From a virus (taxonomy: Duplodnaviria; Caudoviricetes), in the IMG/VR virus record IMGVR_UViG_3300027734_000091, positions 1-54,616 of that record: DNA of 54,616 bases, one strand, 5' to 3'. A program made the translations under genes and the position numbers. The notes beneath the pieces were generated by a model. That model searched no databases, was not told the DNA's origin, and saw nothing but the letters and a program-made list of their open reading frames with translations. Position 1 is the first letter of the stretch. Each line of letters opens with the position of its first letter. Positions 47,702 to 54,616 of the stretch are shown in pieces.

Positions 47702-48625
47702 ATGTCTCTTACAAAAGTTGGTGGAATTCTTTCCGCTGGTTTAAACGGCATTAACTACCCTGTCACAGCGGTGGAATACTTATGTGTGGCTGGCGGGGGT
47801 GGAGGTGGCGTAAGTAGCGCCAATACGCCCGGAGGTGGCGGTGGTGGTGCTGGTGGTTTACTTACAGCTACTGGATACACAATAACTGTTGGCTCTAGCA
47901 TTACTGTAACGGTAGGTGCTGGAGGTGCTGGATCATCTACAAATAACACTGCTGGCAGTCAAGGTTCAAGTTCTGTTTTTGGCGCTATTACGTCTACAGG
48001 TGGCGGCGGAGGTGGCGCATACAGTGGCGGCACGGCTACTTCTGGCGGTTCTGGCGGTGGTGGCGGATGGCAAGGAGGATCAGGCAATAATGGCGGCGCA
48101 GGAACTTCTGGTCAGGGGAATGCTGGCGGTAACGCTTATTCTGCTGGAAATTTTCAAGGTGGTGCGGGCGGCGGCGGCGCAGGTTCAGCGGGATTAACTC
48201 CTACTGCAAGTACAAATTTAGGCGGTAATGGTGGTGCAGGTATTGCATCATCTATTTCAGGCGCACAAATTCAATATGCTAGTGGTGGAGGTGGCGGCGG
48301 TGGATTTGGTCAAAGTCCAGCAGGTGCGGGTGGATTGGGCGGTACTAATACATCTGGTAATGGGGGTACAGCGGCAAATCCAGCCAATTCACTAAATCTG
48401 GGAACTGCGGCAATTGCAAATACTGGAAATGGCGGGGGTGGAGCAGGTGCAACATTTCCAACTTACAGCACAGTAGCTGGAGCCGCAGGAGGCTCTGGCA
48501 TCGTAATCCTACGCTACCCATCTTACTTAGCCCCTGCTACGTCAACAACTGGATCACCAGAAACATACATTGCTGGCGGATGGCGTGTGTACGAGTTTGT
48601 AGCATCTGGAACAATTACATTCTGA
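47702..48625 (+). CDS. Glycine-rich domain adhesin-like protein 1
   Basis: VEYL.VAGGGGG...GGSGIVILRY domain. Confidence 0.7.
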   Translation: MSLTKVGGILSAGLNGINYPVTAVEYLCVAGGGGGGVSSANTPGGGGGGAGGLLTATGYTITVGSSITVTVGAGGAGSSTNNTAGSQGSSSVFGAITSTGGGGGGAYSGGTATSGGSGGGGGWQGGSGNNGGAGTSGQGNAGGNAYSAGNFQGGAGGGGAGSAGLTPTASTNLGGNGGAGIASSISGAQIQYASGGGGGGGFGQSPAGAGGLGGTNTSGNGGTAANPANSLNLGTAAIANTGNGGGGAGATFPTYSTVAGAAGGSGIVILRYPSYLAPATSTTGSPETYIAGGWRVYEFVASGTITF

Positions 48626-48631
48626 GGATAT

Positions 48632-50257
48632 ATGGCACAAGGTCTTTTTACACTCAGACAAGTTAACCAAGCTATTCGTCAAGGCGCATGGTCAGCATTT
48701 AATCCACCTCAGTGGGTAGAGTACCTTGTTGTTGCTGGCGGTGGCGGTGGTGGAAAAGGAAACGGTGGCGGGGGTGGTGCTGGTGGTTTGTTAACTGGTA
48801 TGGTTCCTGTTACGGCTGGCACTTCTTACACGGTTACTGTTGGTACAGGTGGTGCTGGTGCAACTAGCTTTGTTGGCACATCTGGTGTTAATTCTGTTTT
48901 TGGCCCTATTACCTCTACAGGTGGCGGTGGCGGTGGTGGTGGCTCTTCCACTCCCCCAGTGTCTGGTGGCTCTGGCGGTGGCGCAGGAACTACTGGTGCT
49001 TTGCCCGGAGCGCAAGGCGTATCAGGCCAAGGTAATGCTGGCGGAGCTAGTATTGCCAGTGGCATTTACCCCGGAGGCGGTGGTGGTGGCGCTGGGACTA
49101 TAGGGCTTACTGGAGGCTCTGTTGGAGGTAACGGTGGTGCTGGTATTGCATCTGCTATTAGTGGAACAGTAACTACTTATAGCGGAGGCGGTGGTGGCGG
49201 CACTGACTCAGGCACTGCTGGCACAGGCGGTGTAGGTGGAGGTGGTTCTGGTGGCTCAAATGCGGTAGGTGTTGCTGGTACTGTTAGCACAGGCGGCGGT
49301 GGAGGCGGTGCAGGATATTCAAGTGGTACTGTTGGCGGCGCAGGTGGTTCAGGCATCGTAGTAGTCAGATACCCCGGCTCTGTGCAGTTTTACACTGGTG
49401 GAACTGTTTCTGCTAATGGCGGGTATGTCATACATACATTTGCCTCGTCTGGAACACTAGCCCCAACAACGCCAACTCCTGCATTAACAAATGTATTTGT
49501 GTTTACTAGTTCTACCATATGGATTGCCCCTGTTGGTGCTACACAAGTTGAATACTTGGTTGTAGGCGGTGGCGGTGCTGGTTCTGGTAACGACAACAAT
49601 GGATGGGGCGCTGGCGGCGGCGGTGCTGGCGGATTCCGTACTGCTACAGGTCTTTCCGTAACTGCTGGAACTTCTTATACGGTGACGGTTGGTGCTGGTG
49701 GCAAAACTACATTTGGGCCAACAAACGCATCTTCAGGTACTGCTTCTGTATTTTCTACGATAACTTCCGCTGGCGGCGGTTATGGCGCTGTAACAACCGT
49801 TAACGATGCCGCTGGTGGAAACGGTGGTTCAGGCGGTGGTGGTTCTGGCGCAGGGTTAGGAGGAACTGGAAACACCCCATCTACATCTCCATCTCAAGGT
49901 AGCAACGGTGGAAATGGGTTTTTTGCTGGCAGTTATTGCGGCGGCGGCGGTGGTGGTGCTAGTGCAGTTGGAGGAAACGGTACAACAAATGCAGGGGGCA
50001 ATGGCGGTGCTGGTACTGCGGCTAGTGCTAATCTTGGTGGCGCTACCTATGCTGGCGGCGGCGGCGGTAGTACATATAACGGTATATTTCCGGGTGGAAC
50101 GGGTGGTAGTGGCGGCGGCGGTGCTGGCGGTGCGGCGGTCAATGGAACAAACGGTACGGCAGGTACAGGCGGCGGCGGTGGTGGCGGCGGTGCGGCAGCA
50201 CCGGGGTATTTTGGCGGCAACGGCGGCTCTGGCATTGTGATTATTAAATGGAGTTGA
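48632..50257 (+). CDS. Glycine-rich domain adhesin-like protein 2 (two domains)
   Basis: Two VEYLVV.GGG...GGSGIV units. Confidence 0.7.
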   Translation: MAQGLFTLRQVNQAIRQGAWSAFNPPQWVEYLVVAGGGGGGKGNGGGGGAGGLLTGMVPVTAGTSYTVTVGTGGAGATSFVGTSGVNSVFGPITSTGGGGGGGGSSTPPVSGGSGGGAGTTGALPGAQGVSGQGNAGGASIASGIYPGGGGGGAGTIGLTGGSVGGNGGAGIASAISGTVTTYSGGGGGGTDSGTAGTGGVGGGGSGGSNAVGVAGTVSTGGGGGGAGYSSGTVGGAGGSGIVVVRYPGSVQFYTGGTVSANGGYVIHTFASSGTLAPTTPTPALTNVFVFTSSTIWIAPVGATQVEYLVVGGGGAGSGNDNNGWGAGGGGAGGFRTATGLSVTAGTSYTVTVGAGGKTTFGPTNASSGTASVFSTITSAGGGYGAVTTVNDAAGGNGGSGGGGSGAGLGGTGNTPSTSPSQGSNGGNGFFAGSYCGGGGGGASAVGGNGTTNAGGNGGAGTAASANLGGATYAGGGGGSTYNGIFPGGTGGSGGGGAGGAAVNGTNGTAGTGGGGGGGGAAAPGYFGGNGGSGIVIIKWS

Positions 50258-50258
50258 A

Positions 50259-51152
50259 ATGAGTCAAACTTTATTAGGTGGATTCCTTTCCGCAACCTTT
50301 AACCCACTGTCTGGTGCGCCTACGACTGTTGAATATCTAGTGGTCGCTGGTGGTGGTGGTGCAGGCGGTGGAGGTGGTGGAGCAGGTGGTCTTTTGACTG
50401 CGGCTGGCTTTGCTGTTGCCGCTGGTTCTGCTTTAACTGTTACTGTGGGTGCTGGTGGTGCAGGTGCGGCAACTGTTAGCGGTGCTATTGGTAATGGAAC
50501 CATCGGTTCTAATTCTGTTTTTAGTTCTATTACTGCTACGGGTGGTGGTTTTGGTGGTGGCCCAAACGCCACTCAGAATGGTGGTGCTGGCGGTTCTGGT
50601 GGTGGCGGTAGTCAAGATGGAAATTCAACTGGCGGCGCTGGCACATCTGGTCAAGGCAATGCAGGCGGTGGTTCAGGCGGTACTTACCCGCCCGGTTACT
50701 TTGCCGCTGGTGGCGGTGGTGGAGCAGGTTCTATTGGTGGAAATTCTTTAGTAGTTGCGTCTGGTTCTTTAGGCGCTGGTGGCAATGGTGGTACTGGACT
50801 TTGCTCAACCATTACAGGCGCAAGAGTGTTTTACGCTGGCGGCGGTGGCGGTGGGTCTAGTACAAACACATCCACTTTAACTACTGGTGGTCTGGGCGGC
50901 GGTGGAGGCGGTGGCAATGGCGGTCTAGCGGCTTCTCAAAACGGCAATCCGGGTACAGCCAACACAGGTGGCGGTGGAGGCGGAGCCGAATTTGAAGGTA
51001 CTTCTGCTGGCACTGGTGGCTCTGGCATTGTCATCATTCGTTGGCCTTCATCACAATCACCACCCACTTCCACAACAGGAAGCCCTCAGATAAACTACTC
51101 TGATGGGTATCAGATTTATACTTTCACATCTTCTGGCACTATTACTTTTTAA
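50259..51152 (+). CDS. Glycine-rich domain adhesin-like protein 3
   Basis: One Gly-rich domain ending YTFTSSGTITF. Confidence 0.7.
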   Translation: MSQTLLGGFLSATFNPLSGAPTTVEYLVVAGGGGAGGGGGGAGGLLTAAGFAVAAGSALTVTVGAGGAGAATVSGAIGNGTIGSNSVFSSITATGGGFGGGPNATQNGGAGGSGGGGSQDGNSTGGAGTSGQGNAGGGSGGTYPPGYFAAGGGGGAGSIGGNSLVVASGSLGAGGNGGTGLCSTITGARVFYAGGGGGGSSTNTSTLTTGGLGGGGGGGNGGLAASQNGNPGTANTGGGGGGAEFEGTSAGTGGSGIVIIRWPSSQSPPTSTTGSPQINYSDGYQIYTFTSSGTITF

Positions 51153-51161
51153 GGAGCAAAC

Positions 51162-51518
51162 ATGAGCCATTTCGCTAAAGTAGAAAACGGTGTAGTGACG
51201 CAAGTCATCGTCATCGAGCAGGACGTTTTGAACACAGGTCACTGGGGCGATCCAGCATCTTGGGTTCAGACAAGTTACAACACTTCTGGTGGAGTTCACT
51301 CACAAGGTGGTACGCCACTGCGTAAGAATTTTGCTGGTATTGGATATACATACGACTCAGGCCGTGATGCGTTTATTCCTCCCAAGCCATTTGCGTCTTG
51401 GTTGTTGGATGAAGCCACTTGCCATTGGAATGCACCAACACCCATGCCCGTAGAAGAAGGTAAACGCTTTACATGGGACGAACCCACAACATCTTGGGTT
51501 GAAGTAGTTACTGCCTAA
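51162..51518 (+). CDS. Tail-associated protein within the Gly-rich cluster
   Basis: MSHFAKV.NG.V..VIV, WVQTSYN, RKNFAGIGYTYD..RDAFIPPKPF.SW. Confidence 0.7.
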   Translation: MSHFAKVENGVVTQVIVIEQDVLNTGHWGDPASWVQTSYNTSGGVHSQGGTPLRKNFAGIGYTYDSGRDAFIPPKPFASWLLDEATCHWNAPTPMPVEEGKRFTWDEPTTSWVEVVTA

Positions 51519-51529
51519 TAGGAATAATC

Positions 51530-53164
51530 ATGGCTCAATACAGTGGAATGTGGACGCTAAGTCAGGTCAGTCAAGCCGTAAAAGACTTGAACTGGACGGG
51601 TCTACCTCCGTCTGTTGTTGAGTATTTGATTGTTGCTGGCGGCGGTGGTGGCGGAGATTCTTATGCAGGTGGCGGCGGAGCAGGTGGACTGCTTGCTGGC
51701 TATGCTGGTATTACCTCTGGGGCTTCTTACTTTGTAACGGTTGGTGCGGCTGGTGCGGGTTCTACAAGTCAATCCTCTGCGGGTTCAACTGGTGGTGTAT
51801 CTGTTTTTGATGCAACTGTGTCTAATGGAACTACAGGGCGAATTGTTGCAAGTGGTGGCGGCGGTGGTGGAAGTAACCTTTTAACTTCTGGAGTCTCTGG
51901 TGGTTCGGGTGGTGGTGCTTCACAATCTACAGTTGTTGGTGCAGGTATTTCTGGTCAAGGCAACGCTGGCGGTTCTGGTGCAACAGGTGCTCAATATGGC
52001 GCAGGGGGCGGTGGTGGTGCTGGAACTATTGGACTAAACGGAATAACAGGCTCTAGTGCTGGTAATGGTGGTGCAGGGATTGCGTCATCTATTTCTGGCT
52101 CTGTTGTTACATACGCTGGTGGCGGTGGTGGAGGGATAAATTCTGGTACTGCTGGAACAGGAGGCGTAGGTGGTGGCGGTGCTGGTTCTACAGGAACTGG
52201 AAGCAATGGAACCGCCAATACAGGTGGTGGTGGTGGAGGTGGAGGTGGAGGTGGAGGTGGTGATGGTGGCGCTGGCGGTTCAGGCGTTGTCATTCTTCGC
52301 TACCCCGGCTCAATTCAATATTTCACTGGTGGCACAGTAACCTATGCCGCTGGTAATGTCGTTCACACATTTACATCTTCAGGCACATTGGCTCCTACTA
52401 CGCCTACACAGTTATTAGTGGTAAATTATTTAGTCGTTGCTGGTGGTGCAGGTGGTGGAAATGGTTTGACTGGCGTTGAAAACGGCGGTGGCGGTGGCGC
52501 AGGTGGATTATTAACAGAGGGTTTAATTGTAACTGCTGGTAATACTTACACTGTAACTGTCGGCTCTGGCGGGGTAAGCAATACAAATGGCACTAATTCT
52601 GTTTTTAGTTCAATAACTGCCACTGGCGGAGGCCGTGGTGATGGATTACTTGCGGCGGCAGTTGGAGGTTCTGGGGGTGGTGGCGGTGGCGCAACAGCGG
52701 CTTCTGGAGCCGCAGGCACATCTGGACAGGGCAATACTGGTGGTAATGGCGGTAGCGACTCTGGTGGTGGAGGAGGTGGCGCTGGTGCATTTGGGGCGAA
52801 TGGTAATCCTTCATCCGCAAATGGCGGTAATGGAATTGCATCATTTATTTCAGGAACATCTACTTACTACGCAGGGGGAGGTGGTGGTGGCGGTGCGGCG
52901 GCAGGTGCAGGCGGGTTAGGTGGCGGCGGCGCGGGTGGTGATAACGATGCTCCAACCCCTGCGGTTGCTGGAACTGTAAACACTGGCGGCGGCGGCGGTG
53001 GTGGAAGAGGTAGCGTAAGCGAAGTTGGCGCTTCTGGAGGTTCAGGTGTTGTCATTCTTAGCCTAGTTAGTGCGGCATCATCAACTACAGGTTCACCAAC
53101 GGTTACAACTTCTGGCGGCAGGACGATTTATACCTTCACGGCTTCTGGAACAATCACGATCTAA
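51530..53164 (+). CDS. Glycine-rich domain adhesin-like protein 4 (two domains)
   Basis: Two Gly-rich domains; linker similar to that of 48632..50257. Confidence 0.7.
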   Translation: MAQYSGMWTLSQVSQAVKDLNWTGLPPSVVEYLIVAGGGGGGDSYAGGGGAGGLLAGYAGITSGASYFVTVGAAGAGSTSQSSAGSTGGVSVFDATVSNGTTGRIVASGGGGGGSNLLTSGVSGGSGGGASQSTVVGAGISGQGNAGGSGATGAQYGAGGGGGAGTIGLNGITGSSAGNGGAGIASSISGSVVTYAGGGGGGINSGTAGTGGVGGGGAGSTGTGSNGTANTGGGGGGGGGGGGGDGGAGGSGVVILRYPGSIQYFTGGTVTYAAGNVVHTFTSSGTLAPTTPTQLLVVNYLVVAGGAGGGNGLTGVENGGGGGAGGLLTEGLIVTAGNTYTVTVGSGGVSNTNGTNSVFSSITATGGGRGDGLLAAAVGGSGGGGGGATAASGAAGTSGQGNTGGNGGSDSGGGGGGAGAFGANGNPSSANGGNGIASFISGTSTYYAGGGGGGGAAAGAGGLGGGGAGGDNDAPTPAVAGTVNTGGGGGGGRGSVSEVGASGGSGVVILSLVSAASSTTGSPTVTTSGGRTIYTFTASGTITI

Positions 53165-53172
53165 GGTTTAAC

Positions 53173-53319
53173 ATGGAAATCAAACTATCAATCAACACAA
53201 TCAATCAGATTCTTGGTTACTTGGGTTCACGCCCATACCAAGAGGTGTTTCAATTGATTGAAGTTATTCAAAAAGAAGCCAAGGAGCAGTCTGCGCCCGT
53301 AGAGGATCAGAATGCCTGA
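53173..53319 (+). CDS. Hypothetical protein, 48 aa
   Basis: Read manually: NQILGYLGSRPYQEVFQLI. Confidence 0.6.
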   Translation: MEIKLSINTINQILGYLGSRPYQEVFQLIEVIQKEAKEQSAPVEDQNA

Positions 53320-53527
53320 TATTGAAGAATTGGCGACGGAGACAGACAAGCGATTGGCTGTGCATGAGGCTGTCTGTCAACAACGCCATGATGCAATACA
53401 ACAGAGGTTTGATGATGGTTCTAAAAGAATGCAACGCATTGAATATATTTTGTATGCGCTGATTGTGGCTGTGCTGTTTGGCCCCGGCGTGGCTGGAGAG
53501 TTTGTAAAAAAGTTATTGGGTATTTAA
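53312..53527 (+). CDS. XhlA/holin-like small membrane protein
   Basis: HEAVCQQR coiled coil followed by a C-terminal TM helix. Confidence 0.55.
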   Translation: MPDIEELATETDKRLAVHEAVCQQRHDAIQQRFDDGSKRMQRIEYILYALIVAVLFGPGVAGEFVKKLLGI

Positions 53528-53546
53528 CCAGAGACTAACATGACAT

Positions 53547-53834
53547 ATGCGCTGGCTCATACTGTTACTGCTGTTAGGGCTGGTTGGAGCCGTAGCCAAG
53601 AATGGCTGTTATGTCCGCGAGTTTTATGGAATTGGTTATACAGTCCACAACCCTATAGAGCGTTACACAGAGATGCTGGCTTGGTTAGAGCGCAATGCAT
53701 CCCACTGCAAGACAAACGACTATGTGATGATTTGGAACAATCTACCCAATTGGGCAGGAACTTCAGACACTGCGCAACTTAGAAGCGCGGTCATCAAAGG
53801 TTACACAGATGCACTTGATCGAGAGAAAAAATAA
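53547..53834 (+). CDS. Secreted/periplasmic hypothetical protein in the lysis region
   Basis: Signal-peptide-like N-terminus MRWLILLLLLGLVGAVA. Confidence 0.5.
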   Translation: MRWLILLLLLGLVGAVAKNGCYVREFYGIGYTVHNPIERYTEMLAWLERNASHCKTNDYVMIWNNLPNWAGTSDTAQLRSAVIKGYTDALDREKK

Positions 53835-54526
53835 TGGTTACAAAGAAAGTCCCAGCCAAAGTAGCGCCTGTTAAGCGACGAACAGCCACACCAAAAGTTG
53901 AGGTTGCTTTTAAGCCAGAAGCCAAAAAAGATGACAGTACCGTTGGCAAAGTAATTGGCTTAATTGAGTGGGTGGATAATCCTTTTAAACTGTTCACGGT
54001 CATCTTGCTGTCGTTCCTGTTTTTTTTGGGCTATTTTGCTTGGGATTCACGCACGGTCATCCTGAACGCCATCACAAACTCAAGCCATCAGCCCCAACTT
54101 AAAGAGATCAAAGTTTTAGAACACGTTGCTGAAAGACTCAAGAAGGACTTGGAAGCTGAAACTGTTTTGGTTCACAAGGTAGCTCTTGTTGTAAACAGCA
54201 GGGTCACGCTACTTTCGTATGGCCCAAAGGGTCGAGACACTACTCTTGATGGTTACAACTCCACTCTGTTTGGCAAAGATGCTACCCGTAATGCCGCTGT
54301 CATTGCCATGATGAATGGCGAGGTGCATTGCGACAAGCTGGTTGCCTCTGGAAAAACATCGGACTGGGAAGAGAAGCAGGGCGTAGGTTACATCTGCCGT
54401 GGCTCTATTCCACCTGAAATGGGCGCATTTGAAGGCTATATTTCTGTTGGTTTTACCAAAGAACCGCAAGACCTTGGCGCTGTCAAAACGCGCATTAACT
54501 TAGCATCAACTGAAATGGCTAAATAA
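53834..54526 (+). CDS. Single-TM membrane protein upstream of the endolysin
   Basis: Basic N-terminus, TM helix, soluble C-terminal domain; TAATG coupling. Confidence 0.55.
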   Translation: MVTKKVPAKVAPVKRRTATPKVEVAFKPEAKKDDSTVGKVIGLIEWVDNPFKLFTVILLSFLFFLGYFAWDSRTVILNAITNSSHQPQLKEIKVLEHVAERLKKDLEAETVLVHKVALVVNSRVTLLSYGPKGRDTTLDGYNSTLFGKDATRNAAVIAMMNGEVHCDKLVASGKTSDWEEKQGVGYICRGSIPPEMGAFEGYISVGFTKEPQDLGAVKTRINLASTEMAK

Positions 54527-54616
54527 AATGGCACAGTTTGAACCAGCTTTTGAGCAGATGATGAAAGACGAGGGCGGCTACGTCCTTCACGAAGTACCCA
54601 ATGACACTGGCGGTAT
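54138..54616. repeat. Terminal direct repeat, right copy
   Basis: Begins tcaagaaggacttggaagc and ends tggcggtat, as does 1-479. Confidence 0.95.

Noticed and set aside
47702-53164. Possible diversity-generating retroelement or CRISPR-like repeats in the Gly-rich genes
   Set aside because: No reverse transcriptase and no adenine-specific TR/VR pair seen; the repeats are coding GGN runs.
1-54616. tRNA genes, introns/inteins, alternative genetic code
   Set aside because: No cloverleaf or splicing motifs recognised; core genes are uninterrupted in the standard code and all three stop codons are used.

Overview
The window is an apparently complete, circularly closed dsDNA tailed-phage genome. 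Its unit length is 54,137 bp, because 1-479 is repeated at 54138-54616. It is probably a P22/podovirus-like phage; a freshwater Betaproteobacteria host is only inferred from gene content. Most genes lie on the + strand: packaging/head (TerS, TerL, portal, GroES, scaffold, MCP), tail fibres and four glycine-rich adhesin-like paralogs, a lysis cassette, tail and ejection proteins, a Cro/DUF1376/RusA/Ref replication region, and an early accessory region built from repeated promoter-leader cassettes. A short - strand operon encodes an SSB-like protein and a PD-(D/E)XK nuclease. No integrase, CI repressor, DNA polymerase, tRNA or CRISPR array was seen. The top candidate system is at 22756-24452: a C5-cytosine DNA methyltransferase-fold enzyme translationally coupled to a CmoA (carboxy-SAM synthase)-like gene. 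The enzyme has Gln->Ala in motif IV and Asn->Arg in motif X, the two positions that protein engineering has used to redirect cofactor use. This predicts phage-encoded DNA carboxymethylation (5cxmC) or another non-methyl cytosine modification. Other notable signals are an overprinted ORF inside the MTase, a second inverted iteron array upstream of terS, a hairpin joining the terS stop to the terL start, repeated hairpin-ACAGCGAA leaders, near-total avoidance of CCWGG and GCWGC, and a shared xxGG peptide motif across virion-region proteins. All family calls come from motif recognition by eye, not from database searches.
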